A DNA stretch of 64,000 nt from an uncultured bacterium (GCA_903937035.1 CAIZXS010000023.1:1188-65187); one strand, 5' to 3'; positions 37,295 to 47,952 are shown, numbered from the stretch's first letter. The notes: generated by a model from the sequence alone, not told the origin. Numbers and translations are program-made.

Positions 37295-37609
37295 TTATTT
37301 TCCTTCAAAAACATCAATCTTATTACCTTCCTTTAGTGTTACGATAGCTTTTCTGTAACCTGGCTTCCAACCAGGAATTCTTCCTCGACTACGAAATTTT
37401 CTTGGCACACTAACAGTGTTAACCTTTTCAACCTTAACATTATAAATCTTTTCAATTGCCATCTTAACTTGCAATTTAGTCGCACGAGAAGATATTTTGA
37501 AAATATATTTATTATTCTCAATAAGCACAGTGGCCGCTTCAGTTACAATCGGCTCAATGAGAACTTTTGAGAGAATATTTTCTTGATTGGGGTTTACGTT
37601 ATTTTCCAT
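37295..37609 (-). CDS. rplW: Ribosomal protein uL23
   Basis: Sequence and position. Confidence 0.9.
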   Translation of the reverse strand: MENNVNPNQENILSKVLIEPIVTEAATVLIENNKYIFKISSRATKLQVKMAIEKIYNVKVEKVNTVSVPRKFRSRGRIPGWKPGYRKAIVTLKEGNKIDVFEGK

Positions 37610-38250
37610 TATTTTAATTCAGCTTGTTTATACTTTTCCTCGAGATACATTACAGACTCCTTGCTCATAAATAAATTCTTGTTTCTTAGCATATCAAGAA
37701 CATTGAGTTGTGGTGTTAAAATATTTTCTACCTTAGCAAGATTTCTACTTACAATACGAAATTCTTTCTCAGAATCACAAAAAGCCATCAAAGTTTTGCC
37801 TTTAATTTTGAAATTCAAAAGCATCTCGGCAACTTGTTTAGTCTTCTTCTGCGAAAAACTCAACTTATCAATCACAAAAATCTCCTGATCCTTAAGTTTT
37901 CCACTAAGCACGGTTGCAATCGCCTTTTGATTCATCTTCTTGTTGATCTTTTGTTTGTAGTTTCTGTCATTGCTTGGTCCGAAAACAACGCCTCCTTTTT
38001 TCCAAAGCGGAGTTCTTCTTGAACCAACACGAGCGCGACCCGTTCCTTTTTGCTTCCAAGGCTTTATTCCGCTACCAGCTCTTTCTCCTCGAGTTTTCGT
38101 ATCTGCGAGCACCTGTCTCTTGTTAGCATCCATTGCTACAACGATTTGATGAACTAAATCGTCATTTTTTGGCAAACCAAAAACAGAATCAGAAATTTGC
38201 ATTTCCTCAATTTCTTTCCCTTCAAGATTGTAAACCTTTAGTGTTGCCAT
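37609..38250 (-). CDS. rplD: Ribosomal protein uL4
   Basis: Sequence and position. Confidence 0.95.
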   Translation of the reverse strand: MATLKVYNLEGKEIEEMQISDSVFGLPKNDDLVHQIVVAMDANKRQVLADTKTRGERAGSGIKPWKQKGTGRARVGSRRTPLWKKGGVVFGPSNDRNYKQKINKKMNQKAIATVLSGKLKDQEIFVIDKLSFSQKKTKQVAEMLLNFKIKGKTLMAFCDSEKEFRIVSRNLAKVENILTPQLNVLDMLRNKNLFMSKESVMYLEEKYKQAELK

Positions 38251-38260
38251 ACTTTTAAGA

Positions 38261-38815
38261 TTAGATTGCTTTAATTTCCACTATTCCGCCTGGAATACCC
38301 GGAACTGCTCCTTTTATACCTAATATATTCTTTTCCACATCAATAAAAACCACCTTCAAGTTTTTTGTTGTTATTCGCTCTCCACCCATTCTCCCTGCCA
38401 TTCGCTTTCCTTTCACCACGTGCTCTGGGAAACCAGAACCGATTGATCCAGGAGCGCGCAAGTCATGCTTATGCCCATGGGAAGCGCATCCGCCCTTAAA
38501 GCCATATCTTTTGACTACACCCTGAAATCCTTTTGCCTTACTTGTTCCACTGACAATCACCTTCTCGTTAATTTCAAAAATAGAAACATCTACAACATCA
38601 TCTTTTTTAAGTTCACTTCCTTCAACGCGGAATTCTTTCTTCTTTGATTTATTTTTTGTCTTAGCAATCAACATCTGGACAGCACTATAGCCATCTTTCA
38701 CCTTCTCCTTGATCAAAGAAACTTTTGAACCACACTCCAAAAGAGTCACGTTCAATGCGCCTTTTTCATCATAAATCGTTGTCATTCCAATTTTTTTTCC
38801 TAAAATGAATTTCAT
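38261..38815 (-). CDS. rplC: Ribosomal protein uL3
   Basis: Sequence and position. Confidence 0.95.
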   Translation of the reverse strand: MKFILGKKIGMTTIYDEKGALNVTLLECGSKVSLIKEKVKDGYSAVQMLIAKTKNKSKKKEFRVEGSELKKDDVVDVSIFEINEKVIVSGTSKAKGFQGVVKRYGFKGGCASHGHKHDLRAPGSIGSGFPEHVVKGKRMAGRMGGERITTKNLKVVFIDVEKNILGIKGAVPGIPGGIVEIKAI

Positions 38816-38827
38816 TGCTTTTCTTTA

Positions 38828-38858
38828 AATAAAATAAAAAACGGCTCAATACCAGCCG
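38828..38858 (-). terminator. Intrinsic terminator-like hairpin between rpsJ and rplC (minus-strand reading CGGCTGGTATTGAGCCG + TTTTTTATTTT)
   Basis: 5-bp GC-containing stem with a 7-nt loop, followed by a T-run on the coding strand, inside an unusual 140-nt S10-L3 spacer. Confidence 0.45.
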
Positions 38859-38954
38859 AAAACCCCTCTCAAGGTTCAAGAAATTTCTTTCTTGGCTAGA
38901 TTAGTATCCTATCGACTCATGAAAGTCGTCTGGACTTTAACTAGATATCTCTAA

Positions 38955-39281
38955 TTACATTTTAATTTCTATATCCACTCCTGCTGGCAAATCCAGATTT
39001 GTCAAACTATCAATCGTCTTTGGTGTTGGGCTCATGATATCAATAAGACGTTTGTGAATTCTCATTTCGTATTGATCACGGGCATCCTTGTGCACAAAAG
39101 TCGATTTGTTGACCGTAAATTTGCGAATTTCTGTCGGCAATGGAACTGGTCCTACGACGCTTGCGCCAGATCTCTCAGCTGTTTCCACAATTTGACGGGC
39201 TGATTGGTCAATAATCTTATGATCATAAGCCTTGATCTTAATTCTGATTCTTGTTTTTACCTCTTCTTCATTCTTTGACAT
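38955..39281 (-). CDS. rpsJ: Ribosomal protein uS10
   Basis: S10 sequence. ATG at 39281; the ORF-track first codon is TTG. Confidence 0.95.
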   Translation of the reverse strand: MSKNEEEVKTRIRIKIKAYDHKIIDQSARQIVETAERSGASVVGPVPLPTEIRKFTVNKSTFVHKDARDQYEMRIHKRLIDIMSPTPKTIDSLTNLDLPAGVDIEIKM

Positions 39282-39555
39282 CAATTTGTTCGAATTTTTA
39301 ATCCTCCTTCGCCCCGAACACTCGGGTCTATGGCGGGACGAGCTCGCTGGTTAACCCTTTCTAGTATCTAGAAACAATTAACTTAAAACTTGCTCTGGAG
39401 TTAAACTTTTTTATTATAAAACTAACAATTTCCTCTATAATCTGGCCCTTGCCCCTACAATAAAATATCTTAGCATGGAATATTTGAACAGTCAAATTTT
39501 ATGCTTTTTATCCTACTTTGAGCAGAGCCAGACAAAGAAAAAACTCGTTTATTGA

Positions 39556-40749
39556 CTATTTTACAATCTTAGTAGCAACACCAGCGCCTACTGTTCTTCC
39601 GCCTTCTCGGATTGCAAAACGCATTCCTTCCTCCATAGCAACAGGAGCTCCTAAGACAACCTTAAAGCTTACAGTGTCTCCAGGCATTACCATTTCAGTT
39701 CCCTCTGGAAGCATAACCTCCCCAGTCACATCAGTAGTTCTAACATAAAATTGTGGCTTATAACCTTTAAAGAAAGGAGTATGTCGTCCACCTTCTTCTT
39801 TGGTAAGGATATAAACTTCACATTCAAATTCTGTGTGAGGAGTGATTGATCCTGGCTTAGCGAGGACCTGACCTCTTTCAACATCTTCCTTTTTGATTCC
39901 ACGAATCAAAATTCCAGCATTATCACCACATTCCCCTCTATCAAGCGTTTTATTAAACATTTCAATTCCAGTTACAACTGTTTTTTGAGTTGGGCGAAGT
40001 CCGATAATTTCCACTTCTTCATTAATATTGATCACACCTCTTTCAATTCTTCCAGTCACAACAGTTCCGCGGCCTTCAATTGTAAAAATATCTTCGATTG
40101 GCAAGAGAAATGGCTTATCCATTTCACGAACTGGATCTGGAATTTTTGAGTCAAGTGCCGCAATCAAGTCAATAACAGGCTTTGCAGCTTCTTCTTCAGC
40201 TGATTTAGACTCTAGGGCTTTAAGGGCTGAACCACGAATAACGATTGCATTATCTCCGTCAAACTCATATTTTGTCAAAAGTTCTCTCACCTCTGCCTCA
40301 ACTAGGTCAACCAACTCCGCATCATCCACCATATCAACCTTATTAAGGAAAACTACGATTTCTGGAACACCCACCTGCTTAGCCAAAAGAATGTGCTCTC
40401 GAGTTTGTGGCATAGGACCATCAGTCGCAGCTACAACTAAAATAGCTCCGTCCATTTGAGCAGCACCTGTGATCATGTTTTTGATGTAGTCAGCATGTCC
40501 TGGGCAATCAACATGAGCGTAATGCCTCTTGTCAGATTCATATTCGCAATGTGCAGTGGCGATTGTAATTCCACGCTCTCTCTCTTCTGGAGCTTTGTCA
40601 ATTTCATCAATACTCTTTTCCTTGGCATGTCCCAAGAAACTGAGAACATGAAGGATTGCCGCAGTCAATGTCGTTTTTCCATGGTCAACATGACCGATAG
40701 TTCCAACATTAACATGAGGCTTGGTTCTTGCAAATTTTTCTGCTGCCAT
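39556..40749 (-). CDS. tuf: Elongation factor Tu
   Basis: [21 protein letters not shown]. Confidence 0.98.
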   Translation of the reverse strand: MAAEKFARTKPHVNVGTIGHVDHGKTTLTAAILHVLSFLGHAKEKSIDEIDKAPEERERGITIATAHCEYESDKRHYAHVDCPGHADYIKNMITGAAQMDGAILVVAATDGPMPQTREHILLAKQVGVPEIVVFLNKVDMVDDAELVDLVEAEVRELLTKYEFDGDNAIVIRGSALKALESKSAEEEAAKPVIDLIAALDSKIPDPVREMDKPFLLPIEDIFTIEGRGTVVTGRIERGVININEEVEIIGLRPTQKTVVTGIEMFNKTLDRGECGDNAGILIRGIKKEDVERGQVLAKPGSITPHTEFECEVYILTKEEGGRHTPFFKGYKPQFYVRTTDVTGEVMLPEGTEMVMPGDTVSFKVVLGAPVAMEEGMRFAIREGGRTVGAGVATKIVK

Positions 40750-40928
40750 ATGTTTGGTAACTTACGCATAGTTATTGTGGTGACTTCTTTTTAGAAAAAA
40801 AATCAATCCCGCAACAGCTTGCGATTTTTTGTTATTATTAAATTTAATTAGATTTTAACACAACGTCTACTCTACCCTAAAAAAATACTTTTGACAAATA
40901 AAAAATGTTCTCAAACTGTGGATAACTC

Positions 40929-41213
40929 CTATGACTGAAGAACACTCTCATAGCGCACCTCGTCATTCTTTATCTCACCCAGAGTTTCCAGTTCAATTTC
41001 AACTGCTTTGTCTTCTTCCTGAGAAAACTTCCAACTTGCAATATCGTTGTTTATCTTATCAACTAATTCTTGCTTTGTCAACCCCAAAACTCCCTCTTGT
41101 TTAATTTTTCTAAATTCTCGCAAAGTGAGTAAAATGTAGTGCTCATCCTGGTCTTTAATCACCGCTCGCCCGCCCAAAAGTTCCAACGCTTCTTTCAGTT
41201 TTTTATCCAACAT
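40929..41213 (-). CDS. Hypothetical small acidic protein
   Basis: 94-aa ORF between purQ and tuf. A hairpin plus T-run follows it downstream. Confidence 0.3.
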   Translation of the reverse strand: MLDKKLKEALELLGGRAVIKDQDEHYILLTLREFRKIKQEGVLGLTKQELVDKINNDIASWKFSQEEDKAVEIELETLGEIKNDEVRYESVLQS

Positions 41214-41327
41214 AAAAAAGTCAGCTACTTTATTATTTCTTCAATCAAATCTTATCGCAGATGTTATTTTGTGTCAATAGTGCTTTTATTAAATTATGCA
41301 AAAATTGCACCGCTAACTTATTCGTGC

Positions 41328-41371
41328 CAAAAAAAGAAGAACCCCGCCCAGTCATTTGACTGAGGGGGTTC
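41328..41371 (-). terminator. Intrinsic terminator after purQ (GAACCCC...GGGGTTC long hairpin, then T-run on the minus strand)
   Basis: ~14-bp imperfect stem GAACCCCGCCCAGTCA/TGACTGAGGGGGTTC, followed by CTTCTTTTTTT. Confidence 0.6.
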
Positions 41372-41394
41372 ATTCCTCCTTAATAAAATTTAAT

Positions 41395-42039
41395 TCATAC
41401 GGTAGACATGCCACTTTTGAAAATTAACTGACCGTCCGGATTGTCATATGGCCTCTCTGGGTGATCCATGAGAACCGCTATAAGGCCAGAGTCGTCCGTA
41501 ATCATAGCAATTTTTCCCCCGTTGGGAGAAGCGCCAACATATTCCATGACCACATTAAGATCTCCGTCTCCCGTAAATCTTCCATATCCATGAGCGGAAG
41601 GAAACGAGAGCACTCTTCCCTCCAATCCCTTTGTCCAAACACAGTGAGACGGAAGGACTCGATGTCGACTTGGTCGACTGCGAAAAACCTTGGATTTATT
41701 TTGGATCATAGCCACACCAGCTCCGAACAATCCTGACCGAACAAGAGTTTGGTCACCGTTACAAATTCCGAGCATAGGAACTTTTGCTTCCTCAAGAAGC
41801 CCGAAATAATCCTCCAGAAAAGTTGCCACCGATACACCGGTTTCAAGATGATCACCGAAAGAAAATCCACCTGGAGCAATAAACAGGTCGCAATCTGTGA
41901 TCCGCTCCTTTTTATGATAGATGTCCCAAAGAAAAACCAAACGCGGATTGCCCCCGGCTAATTCTACCGCTGCCATTGTCTCTTCTTCACAATTAGTTCC
42001 TGGCGCATAAAGCACTGAAACCTTTTTTCTTGTTTTCAT
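41395..42039 (-). CDS. purQ: Phosphoribosylformylglycinamidine synthase glutaminase subunit PurQ
   Basis: Class I GATase: GICNGDQ, MDHPER. Start at MKTRKK forms an ATGA overlap with the purL stop. Confidence 0.85.
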   Translation of the reverse strand: MKTRKKVSVLYAPGTNCEEETMAAVELAGGNPRLVFLWDIYHKKERITDCDLFIAPGGFSFGDHLETGVSVATFLEDYFGLLEEAKVPMLGICNGDQTLVRSGLFGAGVAMIQNKSKVFRSRPSRHRVLPSHCVWTKGLEGRVLSFPSAHGYGRFTGDGDLNVVMEYVGASPNGGKIAMITDDSGLIAVLMDHPERPYDNPDGQLIFKSGMSTV

Positions 42040-44804
42040 GCGACCATTTCCTCCATTGCATTTTTGCCCCAAAGTGCCTGTTGAAAAGTTCCATTCCAGG
42101 CAGCTCTGAGAAGATTAAAATTGAGTTTATTCCCTTGAACGGTTATGCCTTTTCTTGGCACGATTGTACCAATAATCCTGGGTTTGATTCCGGGGAAAGT
42201 CCTTTGCAGGTCACCAACAGCATCCCGTTTAACTTCAAGAAGGACGGCTCCAAAACTTTCCGGAAAAAGATCCTGACAAAGTATTGTTTCGAAGCCGAAT
42301 CCCGATGCTTCCACTCCCTCAAAGAGGCGCAGAAAAATTCCGCCCCGATTGATAGGTACCGCCGATTCAATCATGCCGCTTTGGGAAAGATGAAACAATT
42401 GGCTGAGATAAAATCCCGGATCAATTGAAAGCATACTTTCCAAGCGCGCTCCTGAAATACCCAGTGCTGATGACAGAATCGATCCATCTAGCCGCGTTGC
42501 TTGCGGGCCAACACACACCAAAACATTCCCGGGTTTTTTCCATTGATGTAATAATAACTTTTGAACATTCCGAATTTTCCCCATTCCTGTGATACAAACA
42601 CCAGGAAGAACACAGACTATCTTTCCTCCGAAAGTTCCCCGTCCCGATGAACTGTCTTTTCCGACCATAAAGGGGGTTCCGGTTTTGATTGAAAGACTCG
42701 TAATCGCCTTAACCTGCTCCCGCAGATACCAGCGCGCTTCCGGATCATCACCATCGGTGTAAAAGTTATCCGCCAAAGCAATATCGCCAGGATAAACTCC
42801 GGCCGCGACTTGCGTCACCAATGTATCCATCATGGCATTTTCTGCCGCCCGTACAGGATCGACTTCAAATTGCCAAGGTGAGAAACTGAGGCTGACAGTA
42901 AGCCCTTGATTTTTTCCATAAACAGGCCTCAGCGCAGCTAAAGAAGACGCAACATTATAGTTACTACCATAAAGTGGTCCCTGCCAAGTTATCCCCTGGA
43001 CAGTTGAGTCATATCTAGTAGTTGCTTTCGCCTGATTGCAAACATCAAAATGCCCCACCACTGAAAGCCCCATATTCATGACGTTGGATTGGTCAATTTT
43101 TGGATGAGCCATTGTGTCTAATTTGATTTTCGGTTCCACCACTTCAATCATATCCAACGGACATTCATCAAAAAAGGCATAAGGCACGTCGATACAAATT
43201 TCGCCGGACATTTTCATTTCCAGAGAAAATTCCTGGTTTTTGTCATAAAACATTTGAAAACATCCGCTGTCGGTAAACAAACCGATTGGCGTAGCTTCCA
43301 AGCCATATTTGGCGTATATTGCCATTGCCTCAGCATATTTTTCCGGCTTTACCGCATGCGCAAAGCGTTCCTGACTTTCTGAAATTGCAATCTGCCAGTT
43401 AGCTAGACCAGCGCATTTTAATTTCACGAGAGCCAAATTGCAAATAAAACCGCCAGAATTATCTTCGTTTTTAGCCATTTCCCCAAACGCCGACGGGATG
43501 CCATGTGCGCCAAAGTCATTCCGAGCACTCAGGCATCCAGTGTCCCTCAATTCTAATCCAGCTCGCATCATAAGTTGTTCGATAAATGGCATGCCGATTT
43601 GAACATGGGTTGCGTCGCCAGTGTCGGTCTTTTCCGTGATTCCACCAGAGCTAACTGTCGCTCCGTGAAGTCCATCATTACCCGTTTTACCTCCAACCAA
43701 TACCGCAATATCTCCGACCCGCGGCTTACCTTTTGTAGCTGCTTCGCGAATAGTAACTCCCACTGATCCACCAAGCGCAAATGGCTTTCCGCTGTAATTC
43801 GGATGTGACATCATTCGGGCAAGCATCATTGGAATTCCCATTGGATTTCCGTAATCAGCAATCGCCCGCACGGTTTCTCGTCCGATAAGTGCTGCTGTCA
43901 AAGTTTTGCCGGTAAATTCCGGATGGCGCAAACGCTCCAGTTCGCCAATAACCGTCATTTCAATGTTTCCAATTGGTTTGGCGCCCAGACCATTTTCAAA
44001 GATATCCCGCAAAACTCCGCCCAGCTTTGTCATTTGTCCGCCGTAGGGCTCTTTTTGAGTCGGCGAATTATGCGTTTCCAGTTTGAATAGAATACACAAT
44101 CCGTCATAGAAATCCCAGACTCCGGCATTATCGACAAATGCGGAAATAAGATTGGGGTTGCCAATTTTTTCCGTCGCCCCTTTGAGCAATTTAAACAGCT
44201 CAAGACTCTTCCATAGATCATGAAAGCAATGCCCAGACCAAGAGCCCGCGAAAGTTTCCAGTAAAACGTCCGTTACACTTTCCAGCTTTAATCTTTCTTG
44301 AAACTCCACCAGCTTTTTCATCTTGCTTAGCGACAGATGCATTTCACGCTTCTCGCTAAAGTCGCAAAGTTCCTGATCACTCATAGACCGAAGGTCATAG
44401 CGTTGCATTGATTGACGCACACCACGTGGCTTTAATGTTTCCAAAATTGGCTCGTCAGTAAAAGCGGTATGAACCAGCTTGTTTACATACAAGCCGTTCA
44501 TTTTTTTACCATAATAGCGGTAGCTGACTTTAGCTGCCACAACGTTTACTCCCTTGTGAGCACATAGCTTGATGATGCTTTCCTGCTCCGGATCAATGAC
44601 CGCGTTGTTATACATAACTTCTTTAAATCCACGCTTAGCTGTTTTTTTCGGCATTCGATCAATAACTCGCATCGTTTCCGGATTAGCCAGCACGGAATAC
44701 AGCACGGAAAGATCCGGCGCTTCACCATCAATTTCCAAGTTGATAATTTTGAAAACGTCTGGGCGCTTTTTTTTCGGCGCCACAATAATTCGGTGAATAG
44801 ACAT
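42036..44804 (-). CDS. purL: Phosphoribosylformylglycinamidine synthase PurL with a ~170-aa N-terminal extension (possibly PurS-like)
   Basis: PurM-like duplicated domains; the TFAGSWSGHCFHDLW region matches the PurL N-terminal motif. 922 aa versus ~740 for typical small PurL. Confidence 0.85.
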   Translation of the reverse strand: MSIHRIIVAPKKKRPDVFKIINLEIDGEAPDLSVLYSVLANPETMRVIDRMPKKTAKRGFKEVMYNNAVIDPEQESIIKLCAHKGVNVVAAKVSYRYYGKKMNGLYVNKLVHTAFTDEPILETLKPRGVRQSMQRYDLRSMSDQELCDFSEKREMHLSLSKMKKLVEFQERLKLESVTDVLLETFAGSWSGHCFHDLWKSLELFKLLKGATEKIGNPNLISAFVDNAGVWDFYDGLCILFKLETHNSPTQKEPYGGQMTKLGGVLRDIFENGLGAKPIGNIEMTVIGELERLRHPEFTGKTLTAALIGRETVRAIADYGNPMGIPMMLARMMSHPNYSGKPFALGGSVGVTIREAATKGKPRVGDIAVLVGGKTGNDGLHGATVSSGGITEKTDTGDATHVQIGMPFIEQLMMRAGLELRDTGCLSARNDFGAHGIPSAFGEMAKNEDNSGGFICNLALVKLKCAGLANWQIAISESQERFAHAVKPEKYAEAMAIYAKYGLEATPIGLFTDSGCFQMFYDKNQEFSLEMKMSGEICIDVPYAFFDECPLDMIEVVEPKIKLDTMAHPKIDQSNVMNMGLSVVGHFDVCNQAKATTRYDSTVQGITWQGPLYGSNYNVASSLAALRPVYGKNQGLTVSLSFSPWQFEVDPVRAAENAMMDTLVTQVAAGVYPGDIALADNFYTDGDDPEARWYLREQVKAITSLSIKTGTPFMVGKDSSSGRGTFGGKIVCVLPGVCITGMGKIRNVQKLLLHQWKKPGNVLVCVGPQATRLDGSILSSALGISGARLESMLSIDPGFYLSQLFHLSQSGMIESAVPINRGGIFLRLFEGVEASGFGFETILCQDLFPESFGAVLLEVKRDAVGDLQRTFPGIKPRIIGTIVPRKGITVQGNKLNFNLLRAAWNGTFQQALWGKNAMEEMVA

Positions 44805-44822
44805 TATTCAGCTCCTTTCCCC

Positions 44823-45626
44823 TTAAATAGCATTGGGGTGATTATGCATTTCCGCAATCCAAACAACCTTTCTTCCATCATCATTTTTCACAACCTGGAG
44901 CCGTTTTTCCGCAAAAAGCTGGATACAAGCTGGAAACAATAAATATTCCTCCTGTAATCCTCTTTTCTTGACTTCGTCCAGCGTGTCTCCAGTGTAAATC
45001 GGAAATGTCCGCTGGCCGATGATCGGTCCAGAATCCTCGCCGTAGTCCACAAAATGCACAGTGCATCCACCGACCCTACAACCATGACGAAAGGTATCGC
45101 TATAGCCATCAGTTCCGGGAAATGCCGGCAGCAATGCCGGATGAATGTTCATGATTCGCATATCGTCGCCCTGATTCATATTATCGATGAGGTACGACGT
45201 ACAGATTTGCATGAATCCGGCAAGCACAAGAAGGTCTATCTTCGCTTCCCTGATTTTCATTAACAACTCGGTTTCCGCCACAACTTTCCAGCAAATATGT
45301 TCGAGTTGCTTTTCCTTATCCCCATTAAAAAGCTCATGGACATAAACGCTTTTCTCGAATACCGCCTGAACCAGATCGCTGTTCGAATAATCATTACTCA
45401 AACAAGCATGCTTCAGGTTATCCCGAAATACCCGATAGTCCACGACAAAAGTCGGTATTTCTTGGCCTCTCGCCCAAACAAGTCCGCCCGCATCTGGATT
45501 ATCAGCACCGACAAAAACAACGTCGGCATCCACCAATCCATCTCTGCAAGCATTTACAATCGCTTGCATATTCGTTCCTCCACCGGAAATCAAGATCCCA
45601 ATTCTCAGTTTTTCTTTCATGCCCAA
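44823..45626 (-). CDS. purN: Phosphoribosylglycinamide formyltransferase PurN (with insertion)
   Basis: IGILISGGGTNMQAI, NIHPALLPAF; AAGGAGA Shine-Dalgarno upstream. Confidence 0.9.
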   Translation of the reverse strand: MGMKEKLRIGILISGGGTNMQAIVNACRDGLVDADVVFVGADNPDAGGLVWARGQEIPTFVVDYRVFRDNLKHACLSNDYSNSDLVQAVFEKSVYVHELFNGDKEKQLEHICWKVVAETELLMKIREAKIDLLVLAGFMQICTSYLIDNMNQGDDMRIMNIHPALLPAFPGTDGYSDTFRHGCRVGGCTVHFVDYGEDSGPIIGQRTFPIYTGDTLDEVKKRGLQEEYLLFPACIQLFAEKRLQVVKNDDGRKVVWIAEMHNHPNAI

Positions 45627-45909
45627 TTCTCCTTTTCAACTCATTATTATGATATTCAACATAGTCCGCCATATACCCAAACAGAATTTTCTAAAAAACT
45701 CTTCTGTTGTTAAAGAATGGAAAACAAAAAAGCCAACCCTCCTTAGTGGTCTAGCTTTTTGTTTTATGCCTATACCATAGCAAATTGAGGCTAGACGTCA
45801 AATAGAGCCAAAAATCAAGGCCAATACAAGACACCAGTCTTTGCTAGAAATTTTTCATGACATCAAAAATAATCTAGCCATGCCAGCTTCTCCCAAGGTA
45901 AGAAGATAA

Positions 45910-47517
45910 TCATTGGGCACCTGTAACTCTAAAATGATCCTGCGACATTTCAAATCGAGAAATCAAATCTTTGTTTTTCTCATTACGCTTAAGAAAAATA
46001 ATTGCATAATCATCTGCAAAAACTGGTGCCCACTCGGGGTCTTTTATTCTTTTCACCAAAAACTCTTGTCCCCAATTAGTGCCATCACTAGTGGCAAAAT
46101 AAATTGCATTAAAAGCATATTCCTTAGACACCCGATTCCAAATTTCATTATTTTCTTGCATTGGAATATAGACTTCTTGAAAAAACACATCAGCATAGGC
46201 TTCTGGTCGATTATCCACAAACACTCTCTCCTGAGGAAAAAGATGAAAAATTAAGTAGCCACCAATATCATAGTTATTAAAAATTGGCCCGGAAAGATTA
46301 TTGGCTTTGAAAAAGATAGCTGAGGCATTTTGAGCTTGCGTTTGGACTGTGGAATTAACTCTATCCTCACGCAATAACTTCCCTTGAAACAGATAGCTAG
46401 AAAATAGAAAAAATAGAGAAGCCAAAGAAAAAACAATAATCTTAGCCCAACCATCATTGAGATTAACTTTATTTCTGAGACCAAATTTTAAGCCATAAGC
46501 AATCGCCGGGAGAGCAAGGTAACCAAACAGGGCAAAATTACGCAAAGCACTCCAACCCAAGATACTAACTACAATTGAAAGTCCCAAGAGAGGCCAGTTT
46601 ATTTTTTTTCGATTGGTCAAAAACAACAAAACAATACTAGCTAGAAGAATAAATAAAACTATTTTAAAAATTAAAAGATTAGGATTATTAATAAACCCAA
46701 TTCTCGTCAGAAAACTAACCGACTGATTTTCCAGCACGCGATAACCGTAATTGCGGAAAATGTTCAAGGGATAAAGTACCGCTTTCAAGCCGAAAGGATT
46801 AGCTAAGCTTGCACTAAAAGATAAAATTAAGACAAAAAACAACGTCTTGAATTTTGACCAGTCTTTTTCTCGCAGCGTATCAATGAGAAATAGACCAATA
46901 AGTCCAAGACCAAAAATAAAATAGATATGCAAATTGACCCACAAAAAACTTAGCACCGGCAAAACAAAAAGTATCCTTTTTTTCAACTCGCCTTCTTGGA
47001 ACTTCCAAAGCAAAATAAAATATATAGCCGCAAAAAAATAACTAAACACTTCCGGCCGGATTTCTGTTCGTTCTCCAATAAGCGGAATAACTAGCACCGC
47101 CGAAAGCGTTGCCAATGCCAATCCCGCGAATTTCTTCGTCTCAAAGAATAAAAGACCAAAAGTCAAAAAACTCAGCGCCACATAAAGAAAAGATAAACCG
47201 GAAAGTCCGGTAACCTTCCAAATCAAATAAAAAACAACGCCTGAGCCCCAGTGATGGTTAATAAAGGGAGTGTCAGGATAAGTATAGGAATATAAGTTTG
47301 TGTCAGGAATTTGATGTGTTTCAAAAAAATAGCGCCCGTTTTCAATGTGGCGGCCCAAATCAGTGATTACCAAATTAACCGGTTGTGCCAAAAAAACGCC
47401 CAGCCAAAAAAGCAGCAGTGCAAAAACGAATAGCGCACCCGCATTTTTTTCGATTTTTTGCTTCAGCCTAAAAAACCACAAACTGATTTTAGGAAAGTTT
47501 TGTTCATCTTCTTGCAT
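45910..47517 (-). CDS. Polytopic integral membrane protein, possibly a GT-C-type glycosyltransferase or DUF-type
   Basis: 535 aa with >10 predicted TM helices; no diagnostic motif. Confidence 0.4.
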   Translation of the reverse strand: MQEDEQNFPKISLWFFRLKQKIEKNAGALFVFALLLFWLGVFLAQPVNLVITDLGRHIENGRYFFETHQIPDTNLYSYTYPDTPFINHHWGSGVVFYLIWKVTGLSGLSFLYVALSFLTFGLLFFETKKFAGLALATLSAVLVIPLIGERTEIRPEVFSYFFAAIYFILLWKFQEGELKKRILFVLPVLSFLWVNLHIYFIFGLGLIGLFLIDTLREKDWSKFKTLFFVLILSFSASLANPFGLKAVLYPLNIFRNYGYRVLENQSVSFLTRIGFINNPNLLIFKIVLFILLASIVLLFLTNRKKINWPLLGLSIVVSILGWSALRNFALFGYLALPAIAYGLKFGLRNKVNLNDGWAKIIVFSLASLFFLFSSYLFQGKLLREDRVNSTVQTQAQNASAIFFKANNLSGPIFNNYDIGGYLIFHLFPQERVFVDNRPEAYADVFFQEVYIPMQENNEIWNRVSKEYAFNAIYFATSDGTNWGQEFLVKRIKDPEWAPVFADDYAIIFLKRNEKNKDLISRFEMSQDHFRVTGAQ

Positions 47518-47640
47518 AGCTGGATTATACCAAACAAGTCATATTTAAACAAAAAATGCTATTCACAATTTCACACTCCATAAACAAAGGGTTATGATGA
47601 AATTCACCATAACCCTTAATGCAGAATCATTGCGCGACAA

Positions 47641-47952
47641 TTATTCTCGCCGCTGCAATTCAGTGGCCGGATTACTCAATACTCCTTCAAGCTTATCGGC
47701 CATTTTTTCGAACGATTCCTGCTTATTCCTGTCGTGAATATAACCATCGACAAGAGCCATTTCCAAGGTGTGTTCCCTGACAAAACTCGCGACATCATAA
47801 GTATCGGAAAGTTTTCCAAGCCTGCTCAATGCAGCCAGGCAACGCCCCCTTACTTGCGCTATTTTTTTTTGGCGAGACATGCGGTTGATAAGCCACACAA
47901 CACCTTTAATCAATAGAAAGATTAATCCTATTATTATCAAAATATTCCACAT
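47641..47952 (-). CDS. Hypothetical membrane-anchored small protein
   Basis: N-terminal TM helix; 103 aa. Confidence 0.3.
   Translation of the reverse strand: MWNILIIIGLIFLLIKGVVWLINRMSRQKKIAQVRGRCLAALSRLGKLSDTYDVASFVREHTLEMALVDGYIHDRNKQESFEKMADKLEGVLSNPATELQRRE

Noticed and set aside
39285-39555. S10-leader regulatory structure upstream of rpsJ (L4-mediated attenuation as in E. coli)
   Set aside because: A hairpin (CCCGAACACTCGGG) and an AGGAGG far from the start are present, but nothing is diagnostic. The E. coli mechanism is lineage-specific.
45627-45909. Purine or ZTP riboswitch upstream of purN
   Set aside because: Only weak resemblance (TGGCGGAC) to part of the ZTP core, and no purine-riboswitch junction motifs. 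Kept as a low-interest open question instead.
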